In this document: positions 51,601 through 64,000 of the stretch, one piece after another
How the letters are laid out: each line of letters begins with the position of its first letter
Position numbering within the stretch: the first letter of the stretch is position 1
Assembly: GCA_964247055.1 (NCBI GenBank)
Contig: OZ176050.1
Coordinates: 14,198,001-14,262,000 of the forward strand
DNA length: 64,000 nucleotides
Source: Paragordius varius
Taxonomy: Eukaryota; Animalia; Nematomorpha
Reading direction: 5' to 3'
Position numbers and translations under genes: made by a program
The notes under the pieces: generated by a model
Databases searched by the model: none
What the model was told of the DNA's origin: nothing
What the model saw: the letters and a program-made list of their open reading frames with translations, nothing else

Positions 51601-51785
51601 AAAAATGGCGTCGAAGTGGTTTGACATGGAACTTTTTTTTTCAAAACAAAATTTTATTTAGATATTTTGGCATATTTATATTATGTTAGAAGCATAAATA
51701 TAAATTGGGACCGTTTCCTTCAGTAGTTTTTTAAAAATATTAATTTAAATTTGGGGGGTGTTTAGATATGAAACAAAGTGTTAAA
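48610..51785. mobile_element. Foldback element with arms of about 0.55 kb, left arm split by a Penelope-like insertion
   Basis: 48610-49070 plus 51044-51190 is an imperfect inverted repeat of about 51265-51785 (for example CTACTGAAGGAAAC, GCCATGGTTTCG and GTCAACGTGA motifs mirrored). Boundaries are approximate. Confidence 0.6.
49071..51043 (+). mobile_element. 5'-truncated Penelope-like element (RT + GIY-YIG endonuclease) with an inverted copy of its 3' end
   Basis: RT motifs TPIGSSISPILADLFMENLE, WLRYVDDIF and ISFLD, and GIY-YIG GIYKATCSCNEVYVGETSR...RLKEH (ORF 49902..50747). 49069-49636 is an inverted, near-identical copy of 50446-51016. A 15-bp direct repeat TTAATGTTATATTAA lies at 49056-49070 and 51044-51058. 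Confidence 0.92.
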
Positions 51786-52104
51786 TGGACCTTGAAGGCT
51801 AAGAAAGCTTTATTATTAATTAAAAACTTAAATACTTTTTAAAGCTTCTAAATTCAAATCGCTTTGGGCGAAGCAACCCCAATAAATTATTCATATATTC
51901 TATAATTTAGCTAGTAAAAACTGAAATTATACGGGCAAAACGTATAAATATAAACACAAATATTTTTTTTTTAAAAGACAACCATATTTTTTAAAGCTTG
52001 ATTTTTTAAATATAATCCATTGTTTTAAACTGCGAAGTATGAAATTGATATGCATATTGGTATAACAATCAATTACTTATTTTACAATTATAATTATATA
52101 ATTT

Positions 52105-53123
52105 ACTAGGGTAAATCTCGTGCTGCTACGCAGCCCGAGGAAGTCCTTGGGACTTCTGGGGAAGGGGGGGGGATTTTTGATTTTAAAAGATTTTTGTGCT
52201 GCACGAAGTTTTAAAATGATTCACATAGTCTCATATGTTTTCTGAAATTTGGCTCCAAAGGCATGCTGAATCGATATGATGGCGCAGTTGTAGGCGGGTA
52301 GCCCCCTACCCAGAGGTCAATATAAAAATGTAGTTAGATAAAAAAGTTTGCCTTTTACTTGGAATCATCGTTCATTCCTAATATTTTATGGAAGAATGGC
52401 TTCAAAACTAAATAATAGTTCAATGATAGCGCATTTTCAGGGCGTAAAGGGCCTATTTAACGGCTAATTCAAAAAATCCGCTCGACTAAAATTTTTGACT
52501 TTTTACGGGTAATACTTTAAGAGTTTATTGAATTCATATGGCCTGATAGGTTTTAGCCCCCGACGCACGCGGTTTAGATATGACGGGTCAGTTTTTCGCG
52601 GGTAGCTCCTTACACAGCAGCTAGCATCAAAGAAACGCTTGACTAAAATTTTTTGCTTTTTAACATGAATACGTGGAATCTTTATTGAATTTTTACGGTC
52701 TCATACCTTGGTCGAAAAATAGATTCAAAAATTTATTTTTGTGGACTTTGTTTTTTGAAAAAAAAATAGCATTTTACGGGGGGAGCAGGTAAAAAGAGGG
52801 CCTAAATTAAAAAGATAGACAACTATGTTTGGCGCAATCGAAAATAAGTAAACAAAAATCACATTTGAAATTGAATGGTTTAACACGTTCTCCAGAAAAT
52901 TGTCTCAAAGATACGATTTTTGAGGACTTTGTTTTCAAAACAAAACGCGTTTTTCACACTGGATTGGCCTTAACTGAAGGCCTATTTCAAAAAAGGGCGA
53001 AGCTATTGTCGGGGTATTTATTAACTTATTATATTTTTTCGATGTTTGGATTTGAATGGGTCCAACGGTTTTCCGGAAACAGACCACAAAGCCAGCATTT
53101 TCCATTTTTATAAATATATAGAT
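52105..53123 (+). mobile_element. Helitron-like copy with both ends, inserted into a TA-flanked MITE (about 51913-53224)
   Basis: 5' ACTAGGGTAAATCTCGTGCTGCTACGCAGCCC and 3' CATTTTCCATTTTTATAAATATATAGAT. The MITE halves on either side rejoin to match the intact copy at 63714-63992. Confidence 0.8.
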
Positions 53124-53580
53124 TATAAGAAAAAATAAGGTTTAAAAAAGTAGGGTTGTCTTTTGAAAAAAAATATTTGTCTTTATATTTTTACGTTTTG
53201 TTCGTATATTTTAATTTTTACTGTATATTATTGAAGTAGTTATGACGTTTATAAGCTACTTTTAATAATTAAAAATACCACAAAATTGGCTAAATTTAAA
53301 ATTATTAATTTCATAACATTTTTCAGTGTTTAATTAACACTGCGATTTAATTTGGGGTATCTAAATACCCCAGACTAAATTCGTATGAGCACTCTTAAAA
53401 AACTACTGAAGGAAACAGTCCCAATTTAAATTTATGCTTATCCTTTTAAAAATTATATAAATATGCCAAACTAAATAAAATTTTGTTTTGAAAATAAGTC
53501 CATGTCAAACTACTTCGACGCCATTTTTACAAAATATTTTCAAAATATCGTCTTCATTTAATTTTAGGGTAGAATTATAT

Positions 53581-56500
53581 ACAACACGCTTTTTCAAAAA
53601 CAAAAGTTCTCTGAAAATGTAACAAACTAAAAAATTGGATTTCAATCAAAAATAGAATTATTTAGAAGATATATCATGCAAGATTGAGCTTATAATAAAT
53701 AAAAAACCCATTTATCAAAGCAGTAGCGAAGATCGTGTTGAACACCCCTGTTCTTGTAAAAATAAATAAATATGTTCACTTAAATTTTTTTATAACTGAT
53801 ATATATACAGTAAAGATTGAAATTATAGGGAAAAAACGTAATAATATAAAGACATTTTTTTTCAAAAGACTACCATACCTTTTCAAACTTTATTTTTTTT
53901 AAATATAACTCATTGTTTTAAACAACAATTAGAGTATATTGGTAACATAATCAATTACTTATTTTACGATTGTTAGTAAATGATTTTAATAATTTAAATT
54001 GATTTGAAAAAGTATGGTTGTCTTTTGAAAAAATATATGGTCTATATATTTTTGCGTTTTGTCCATATAAATTCAATTTTTATTATATATATATATTACT
54101 AGGGGTGTTTGGATCAAAAAATTTATCTACTTTAATGGAAGACGTATGCAAAAATCGTTTAAGAAAATCATAATAATTGTAAAATAAAATAAATATATTT
54201 TTGTAAACTCAAGCATTTATTATCTTTTATTGACTGACTGCCTAGTAAAATAAACAAACAACTAGGGGGGTATTTTTGCAAAAGGCCTGTGTAAATATCA
54301 AATTCCAATTATTCTTTTATATTATTCATTTTTAAAAGCTTTAACACTTAGATTCAAATTGGGGTATCTAAATATCCCAGAATTCATTAAAGTTAGTATT
54401 ATCAAAAAATACTGAGGGCACCGGTCCCAATTGAAATAAAAAAAAAGTTCCATGACTATATCGACCCCAATTTTATTTGCAAAATTTTTGCAAAATATTA
54501 TCATCTAATTTTAAAAGTAAAATTATTTTTTTTAAATTACATCTAACATTGATAGAAAAAGCGGTGTTTTTTGTATTATTTTTTAATTAGGTTGATATGA
54601 ATTATACCTTTTGGTTTTAACTTAAAATAAGTAATATCAAGTATTTTTTATTAAAATTTTTTATATATTTCGGTTTATTAATGTTTTATAAGTGCAAAAT
54701 TTTGCCATGGTTTCGATTGCTTCCATATTTTTAAAGAATTAAATTTTAAACAGCCCTGGGGTATTTAGCTACCCCAATTTGAATCAAAGGACTAAAAGGA
54801 ATGTGTTTACAATTGTTAAAAACATTAAAAAATGGAAACTATTGTATCTTAGATCATTTGGCGCCGTGAAATATAAAAAATCATTAATCTAAAGTATTCT
54901 TTTTATTTTGCTTTATAATAAGAAAATATTTTTGCTGTCGTTAACAAAATATAAAAAATAATTTAACTACTTAGACTATTTTCGAAAATCACCATGCTTA
55001 TTTCTTAAAAAAAATAGATGCCCTGAGTGATTATAAATATTAGTGAATTGGTTGTAGAGAAGAAATATCCAACACGCTTTTTCAAAAACAAAAGTTCTCT
55101 GAAAATGTTTTATCAAAAAATAAAAAATTGGATTTCAATCAAAAATTTAGGATTTAGAAGATATATCATTCAAGATTGAACATAAAATAAATAAAAACCC
55201 ATTTATCAAAACAGTCGCCAAGATATTTGAGTTAGACAACTCTTTTCTTGTAAAAATAAATAAATAACTGATATATATATATATATACAGTTAAATAGAA
55301 ATTATAGGGACAAAACGTAATAATATAAAGACAGTTTTTTTCAAAAGACTACCATACCTTTTCAAACTTTAATTTTTTTAAATATAACTCATTGTTTTAA
55401 ACATATAAAATAGAGTATATTGGTAACATAATCAATTACATATTTTACGATTGTATTAAATGATTTTAATAGGATAAATTAAGATTTGAAAAAGTATGGT
55501 TGTCTTTTGAAAAAAATTATGGTCTTATATTTTTGCATTTTGTCCGTATAATTTCAATTTTTATTATTATATATAAATAGGGATGTTTGGATTAAAAATA
55601 TTTTACTTACTTTAATGGAATACGTGTACAAAAATCGTGTAAGAAAAGCAAAATAATTGTAAAATAAAATAAATATATTTTTGCAAACTCGAGCATTTAT
55701 TATCTTGTATCGACTGAGTGCCTAGTAAAATAAACATACAACTAGGGGGGTATTTTTGCAAAAGGCCTGTGTAAATATCAAATTCCAATTATTCTTTTAT
55801 ATTATTCATTTTTAAAAGCTTTAACACTTAGATTCAAATTGGGGTATCTAAATATCCCAGAATTCATTAAAGTTAGTATTATCAAAAAATACTGAGGGCA
55901 CCGGTCCCAATTGAAATCAAAATAAAGTTCCATGACTATAACGACCCCAATTTTATTTGCAAAATTTTTGCAAAATATTTTCATCTAATTTTAAAAGTAA
56001 AATTATTTTTTTTTAAATTACATCTAACATTGATAGAAAAAGCGGTGTTTTTTGTATTTTTTTTTAATTAGGTTGATATGAATTATAGCTTTTGGTTTTA
56101 ACTTAAAATAAGTAATATCAAGTATTTTTTATTAAAATTTTTTATATATTTCGGTTTATTAATGTTTTATAAGTGGAAAATTTTGCCATGGTTTCGATTG
56201 CTTCCATATTTTTAAAGAATTAAATTTTAAACAGCCCTGGGGTATTTAGCTACCCCAATTTGAATCAAAGGACTAAAAGTAATGTGTTTACAATTGTTAA
56301 AAACATTAAAAAATGGAAACTATTGTATCTTAGATCATTTGGCGCCGTGAAATATAAAAAATTTACATTAATCTAAAGTATTCTTTTTATTTTGCTTTAT
56401 AATAAGAAAATATTTTTGCTGTCGTTAAGAAAATATAAAAAATAATTTAACTACTTAGACTATTTTCGAAAATCACCATGCTTATTTCTTAAAAAAAATA

Positions 56501-59500
56501 GATGCCCTGAGTGATTATAAATATTAGTGAATTGGTTGTAGAGAAGAAATATCCAACACGCTTTTTCAAAAACTAAAGTTCTCTGAAAATGTTTTATCAA
56601 AAAATAAAAAATTGGATTTCAATCAAAAATTTAGGATTTAGAAGATATATCATTCAAGATTGAACATAAAATAAATAAAAACCCATTTATCAAAACAGTC
56701 GCCAAGATATTTGAGTTAGACAACTCTTTTCTTGTAAAAATAAATAAATAACTGATATATATATACAGTTAAATAGAAATTATAGGGACAAAACGTAATA
56801 ATATAAAGACAGTTTTTTTCAAAAGACTACCATACCTTTTCAAAATTTAATTTTTTTTAATACAACTCATTGTTTTAAACATAAATAGAGTATATTGGTA
56901 ACATAATCAATTACATATTTTACGATTGTATTAAATGATTATAATAGGATAAATTAAGATTTGAAAAAGTATGGTTGTCTTTTGAAAAAAATTATGGTCT
57001 TATATTTTTGCATTTTGTCCGTATAATTTCAATTTTTATTATTATATATGAATAGGGGTGTTTGGATTAAAAATATTTTACTTACTTTAATGGAATACGT
57101 GTGCAAAAATCGTGTAAGAAAAGCAAAATAATTGTAAAATAAAATAAATATATTTTTGCAAACTCGAGCATTTATTATCTTGTATCGACTGAGTGCCTAG
57201 TAAAATAAACATACAACTACCTATGGGGGATATTTTTGCAAAACGCCTGTGTAAATATCAAATATTTCCAATTATTATTCAATTTTGAAAGCTTTAACAC
57301 TTTGATATTGGGGTATCTAAATACCCCAGACTTAATTAAAATTAGTATTATCAAAAAATACTGAAGGCACCTGTTTCAATTTAAATTTATGCTATTATTT
57401 ATATAAATTATATGCCAAAATATCTAAATATTTCGTTTTTTTAAAAAAAGTTCCATGACTATATCGACCCCAATTTTATTTTGCAAATTTTTTGCAAAAT
57501 ATCGTCTTCATTCAATTTTAAGGGGAGAATTAAAGCTATTTTTTTATTTAAATTACTAACATTGTTAGAAATAGAAAAAGCGGTGTTTTTTGTATTATGT
57601 TTTAATTTTACTATTGCACACATGTCAGGTTGATAAAATTTTAACCTTTCGGTTTTAAAATAAGTAATATCAAGTATAATTAAAGATTTTTATATATTTC
57701 GGTTTATTAAAGTTATATAAGTGCAAAATTTTACCATGTTTCGATTCCTTCCATATTTTTAACGAATTTACTTTTAAACAGCCCTGGTTTATTTAACTAC
57801 CCCAATTTAAATTGAAGGACTAAAATGAATGTGTTGTAAATTGTTAAAACATTAAAAAAATGGAAACTATTATATCTTACATCATTTAGCGGCGTGAAAT
57901 AATAAATACATTAATCTACTAAAGTGTTCTTTTTATTTTGCTTTATAATAAGAAAATATTTTTGCTGTCGTTAGCAAAAAATTAATAAAAATGAAACTAC
58001 TTAGACTATTTTCGAAAATCATTATCCTTTTTTCTTATAAAAAATAGATGCCTTGGATCAGAAATATTAGTGCATTGGTTGTAGAGAAGGGATGTTTAAC
58101 ACGCTTTTTCAAAAACTAAAGTTATCTGAAAATGTATTAAAAAAAATGGATTTCAATCAAAAATTTAGGATAATTTAGAAGGTATATCATCAAGATTGAG
58201 TTAAAATAAATAAAAACTCATTTATCAAAACAGTCGCGAACATATTTGTGTTAGACAACTCTGTTCTTGTAAAAATAAATAAATATATTCACTTAAATTT
58301 TTTTTTATAACTGATATATATATTATATACAGTTAAATAGAAATTATAGGGACAAAACGTAATAATATAAAGACAATTTTTTTTTCAAAAGATTACCATA
58401 TCTTTTCAAATATAAATTTTTTTAAATATAACTCATTGTTTTAAAAAACAATGTATAAAATACAATATATTGTTAAAATAATCAATTACATATTTTACGA
58501 TTGTTATTAAATGATTTTAATAGGAGAAATTGAGGTTTGAAAAAGTATGGTTGTCTTTTGAAAAAAATTATGGTCTTTATATTTTTGCGTTTTGTCCGTA
58601 TAATTTCAATTTTTATTATATATATATATATATATATATATAATACTAGGGGTGTTTGGATCAAAAAAATTTTACTTACTTTAATGGAATACGTGTACAA
58701 AAATCGTGTAAGAAAATCAAAATAATTGTAAAATAAAATAAATATATTTTTGCATCGAGCATTTATTATCTTGTATCGACTGAGTGCCTAATAAAATAAA
58801 CATACAACTACCTATGGGGGGTATTTTTGCAAAACGCCTGTGTAAATATCAAATATTTCCAATTATACTTTTATATTAGTCAATTTTGAAAGCTTTAACA
58901 CTTTGATTAAAACTAAATACCCCAGACTTAATTAAAGTTAGTATTATCAAAAAATACTGAAGGCACCGGTTCCAATTTAAATTTATGATTCTATTCAAAT
59001 AAAAATTATATGCCAAAATATCTAAATAAAATTTCGTTTTAAAAAAATGTTCCATGACTATATCTACCCCAATTTTGCAAAATTTTTTCAAATTATCGTC
59101 TTCATTCAATTTTAAGGGTAGAACTAAAGCTAATTTATTATTTAAATTACAACTAACATTGATAGAAATAGAAAAATCCGTGTTTTTTGTATTATTTTTT
59201 AATTTTACTATTGCACACATGTCAGCTTGATATAAATTTTACCTTTCGGTTTTTGCTTAACACTTCGATTCAAATTTATTTAAATACCCAGACTAAATTT
59301 GAGTTGGGATTTTTAAAAAACTACCGGAAGAAATGGTCCCAATTTAAATTTTTGCTTCTATCCTAATAAAAATTATATAAATATGCTAAAATCTCAATAA
59401 AATGTTGTTTTGAAAAAAAGTTCCATGTCAAACTACTTCGACGCCATTTTTATTTTACAAAATTTTTGCAAAATATCGTATTTATTTAATTCTAACGTTA

Positions 59501-60492
59501 CATTTAAAGCTATTTTATTTAAATTATATCTAAAATTGATAGAAATAGAAAAAGCTCGTTAACTTGTATTAATTTACAAATTTACCATTGCACGCATGTC
59601 ACGTTGACTAAATTTATACCTTTCGGTTTTAGCTCAAATTAAGTTATATCAAGTATTTTTGAATAAATTTTTTTATATATTTCGGTGTATTGTTAGCTAA
59701 GTGCAAGATTTTGCCATGGTTTCGATTCCTCCCATATTTTTTAAAGAATTTAATTTTAAACAAGCCTGGGGTATTTAACTACACCAATTTGAATCGAAGG
59801 ACTAAAATGAATGTGTTGTATCCAAGTGTTAAAATAAGTAATATCAAGTATTTTTTATTAAAATTTCTAAATATTTCGGTTTATTAATGTTTTGTAAGTG
59901 CAAAATATTCCCATGGTTTCGATTCCTTTCATAATTTTTAAAGAATTGATTTTAAACAACCCTGGGTATTTAACTAACCCAATTTAAATCAAAGGACTAA
60001 AATGAATGTGGTGTATCCAAGTGTTAAATAAAAATGCTATTATATCTTACATCATTTGCCGCCGTGAAATATAAAAAATTTACATTATTCTAAAGTGTTT
60101 TTTTTATTTTGCTTTATAATAAAAAAATATTTTACCTGTCGTTAACAAAAAATTAATAAAAATAAAACTACTTAGACTATTTTCGAAAATCATCATGCTT
60201 TTTTCTTATAAAAAATAGATGCCCTGAGTGATCAGAAATATAAGTGCATTATTTGTAGAGAAGGGATGTTTAACACGCTTTTTCAAAAACAAAAGTTCTC
60301 TGAAAATGTTTTAACAAAAAATAAAAAATTGGATTTCAATCAAAAATTTAGGATTATTTAGAAGATATATCATCAAGATTGAGCTTATATAAATAAAAAC
60401 CCATTGATCAAAACAGTCGCGAAAATATTTGTGTTAGACAACTCTGTTCTTGTAAAAATAAATAAATATATTCACTTAAATCTTTTTTATAA

Positions 60493-60543
<51 letters not shown>

Positions 60544-63100
60544 TAAAAATTGAAATTATAGGGAAACGTAATAATATAAAGACAATTTTGTTTCAAAAGA
60601 CTACCATACCTTTTCAAAACTTTAATTTTTTTAAATATAACTCATTGTTTTAAACAACAATGTATAAAATAGATTGGTAACATAATGAATTACTTATTTT
60701 ACAATTGTTATCAAATGATTTTAATAGGATAAATTAAGGTTGAAAAAGTATGGTTGTCTTTTGAAAAAAATTATGGTCTTTATATTTTTGCGTTTTGTCC
60801 GTATAATTTCAATTTTTATTATATATATATAAATTATAACTAGGGGTGTTTGGATTAAAATTTTTTACGTACTTTAATGGAATATGTATACAAGAATGGT
60901 TTAAGAAAATCAAAATAATTGTAAAATAAATAAATACTCGAGCATTTATTATCTTGTATCGTCTGAGTGCCTAGTAAAATAAACATACAACTACCTATGG
61001 GGGGTATTTTTGGAAAACACCTGTGTTATCATATCCAATTATACTTTTATTACTCAATTTTGAAAGCTATAACACTTCGATTCATGAAGTATCTAAATAC
61101 CCCATTAATTAAAGTTAGTATTATCAAAATATACTGAGGGCACCAGTCCCAATTGAAATTTTTGCTTCTATTCAAATAAAAATTATATGCCAAAATATCT
61201 AATTAAATTCGTTTTTTAAAAAAAAGTTCCATGATCGACCCCAATTTTATTTTGCAAAATATCCTCTTCATTCAATTTTAAGGGTAGAATTAAAATTAAT
61301 TTTTTATTTAAATTACATCTAACATTGATAGAAATAGAAAAAGCCGTGTTTTTTGTATTATTTTTTAAATATTGCTATTTCACACATGTCAGGTTGATAT
61401 AAATTTTACTTTTCGGTTTTAGCTTAAAAAACGTAATATAAAGTATTTTTTATTAAATTTTTTTATATGTTTCGGTTTATTAATGTTATATTAGTGCAAA
61501 ATTTTGCCATGGTTTCGATTCCTTCCATATTTTTAACGAATCTAATTTTAAAGAGCCCTGGTGTATTTAACTACCCCAATATAGATCGAAGGACTAAAAT
61601 CTATGTGTTGTATCCAAGTGTTAAAAACATTAAAAAAATGGAAACTATTGTATCTTATATCATTTGGCGCCATGAAATATAAAAAATTTATATTAATCTA
61701 AAGTGTTCTTTTTATTTTGCTTTATAATAAGAAAATATATTTGCTTTCGTTATTAAAATAATTTAATACTTAATGCATTAAGTGATCAGAAATATTAGTG
61801 CATTGGTTGTAGATAAGGGATATCCAACACGCTTTTTCAAAAACAAAAGTTCTCTGAAAATGTTTTAACAAAAAACAAAAAATTGGATTTCAATCAAAAA
61901 TTTAGGATTATTTAGAAGATATATCATCAAGATTGAGCTTAAAATAAATAAAAACCCATTTATCAAAGCAGTAGCGAAGATCGTGTTAAACACCACTGTT
62001 TTTGTAAAAATAAATAAATATTCACTTAAACTTTTTTATAACTGATATATATACAGTAAAAATGGACAAAACTTAATAATATACAGACAAATTTTTTTTC
62101 AAAAGACAATCTAACCCTTTCAAGCTTTAATTTTTTCATTGTTTTATACAAAGATGTATAAAATAGATTATATTGGTAACATAATCAATTACATATTTTA
62201 CGATTGTTATTAAATTATTTTAATGGGATAAATTAAGATTTGAAAAACTATAGTTGTCTTTTGAAAAAAATTATGGTCTTTATATTTTTGCATTTTGTCC
62301 GTAAAATTTTAATTTATATTATTATATATAAATATATATAACTAGGGGTGTTTGGAATAAAAATATTTTACTTACTTTAATGGAATACGTGTACAAAAAT
62401 CGTGTAAGAAAATCAAAATAGTAAAATAAAATAACTATATTTTTGCAAACTCGAGCATTTTTTATCTTATATTTGGCTGAGTGCCAAGTAAAACTAACAT
62501 ACAACTACCTATGGGGGTATTTTTGCAAAACCCCTGTGTAAGTATCAAATATTTCCAATGCTTTTATATTACTCAATTTTAAAAGCTTAAACACTTCGAT
62601 TCAAATTAGGGTATCTAAATATCCCAGACTTAATTAAAGTTAGTATTATATCAATAAATACTGATTATGCTTCTAATCAAAAATAAATTATATGCCAAAT
62701 TCGTTTTGAAAAAAATGTTCCATGACCATATCGACCCCAATTTTATTTTGCAAAATTTTTGCAAACTATCGTCTTCATGTAATTTTAAAGGTAATAAAGC
62801 TAATTTTTTATTTAACTTACATCTAACATTGATAAAAATAGATAAAATGGTTTATCTTGTATTATTTTGCAATTTTATTATTGCACACATGTGACGCTGA
62901 CCAAATATTTACCCTTGGATTTTTAGCTTCAAATAGGTAAAATCAAGTATTTTCTAATAAAATCTTTTATGTATTTCCGTTTTAATGTCTAATAAATAAA
63001 TTTTGTCATGGTTTCGAATCCAGAATTTAATTTTAAATAGGCCTGGGATATCCAACTACCCCAATTTGAATCAAAGGACAAAAATGAATGGGTTGTATCC
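53581..63100. repeat. Tandem array of about 6 composite units of about 1.5 kb
   Basis: Marker AACACGCTTTTTCAAAAAC(A/T)AAAGTT(C/A)TCTGAAAATGT near 53583, 55071, 56555, 58099, 60272 and 61826 (spacings about 1.49, 1.48, 1.54, 2.17 and 1.55 kb). Each unit contains a MITE, an (ACT)AGGGGTGTTTGG segment, one foldback arm and a unique segment. Confidence 0.9.
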
Positions 63101-63713
63101 ATGTGTTAACCTTGATATTGAACATGTGAGAATAAGAAATTTTTTTATTCAAAAAATATTTTGCGAATTTTATATCGTGATTAACATTGATTGCCCAACA
63201 AATTTTATTTATTGACTTTTTTAGTGTGGCACACTCTTGTTTAAATGAATAAATTTGCCATTTACACATTTTAACATGATACATCATACAAGTACCTTAG
63301 AACATAATATTCCAAAGATTACAAGGTTTTTAGGCTGTGTAACTGTTTTAGTTATGTATGGAAGGGTAAAATTATGATTTAATTAACCCAAATTCCATGT
63401 AAGTCCAATTTTAAGGTATTTGTGTTATGTATAAATAGTATATAAAAACTTTTAAATAATATAATAATTTTGATATAATGCTAAAAATATATACCCTAAA
63501 ATAGCTTAAAAGCTATTATGGTTAAAAATTTGTGAAAATTGATTTACTTAATATATATTTTACATATATTAATAAATTAAACAGCAAATACTGGAAACTG
63601 TTAATGTTAAATTTTATTCTGTTAAATACTTTTCAAAGCTTTTAAATTCAAATAGGTTTGGGATAAAAAACAACCCCAATCAAGTGTTTATATATTTTAT
63701 AATTTAGTAAATA

Positions 63714-63992
63714 CAGTAAAAACTGAGATTATACGGACCAAACGAATTAAAAAGTCAAATATTTTTTTTTTCAAAAGACAACCATATTTTTTGAAGCTCA
63801 TACCCATTGTTTTAAACTGTGAAGTATAAAATTGATATGCATATTGGTAATAAAATAAATTCCATATTTTACAATTATAATTATATAATTTATTATAAGA
63901 AAAATTAAGATTTAAAAAGGTAGGGTTGTCTTTTGAAAAAAATATTTGTCTTTATGTTTTTACGTTTTGTCCGTATATTTTAATTTTTACTG
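63714..63992. mobile_element. Intact TA-flanked MITE (279 bp)
   Basis: TA|CAGTAAAAACTGAGATTATACGGACC...GTCCGTATATTTTAATTTTTACTG|TA. Confidence 0.8.
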
Positions 63993-64000
63993 TATATATG

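Noticed and set aside
54322-63215. Repeated ORFs such as M..FCKNFANKIG...FRYPNL (54322, 55802, 58876) and ILN.PGVFNY (59690, 61467, 63003)
   Set aside because: They fall in the foldback arm shared with the element at 48.6-51.8 kb, and their frames are not preserved between units.

Overview
Very AT-rich, intron-containing animal genomic DNA, dominated by transposable elements. It is not prokaryotic and has no CRISPR array. Two genes are well supported. MAF1 (minus strand, 10010-12620, 5 coding exons) needs introns of only 22 and 30 nt to give an intact protein. An invertebrate claudin of the kune-kune/pickel/sinuous type (plus strand, 23211-27819) has its last exon present twice in tandem with the same splice phase, implying two alternative C-terminal halves. 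Weaker gene-like exon chains lie at 458-1130 and 41.4-42.6 kb. Most of the remainder is repeats: a decayed RTE-type LINE split by a 1.54-kb non-coding retroposon with a 15-bp TSD; a complete but disabled Ty3/Gypsy element nested in a non-autonomous Helitron-like element, itself apparently within a hAT element; a Penelope-like element with an inverted 3' duplication inside a foldback element; many hAT-type and TA-targeting MITEs; about 9 copies of one Helitron-like family; and a roughly 9.5-kb tandem array of composite 1.5-kb units at 53.6-63.1 kb. All calls were made by eye from the sequence and the ORF track. No database search was run.
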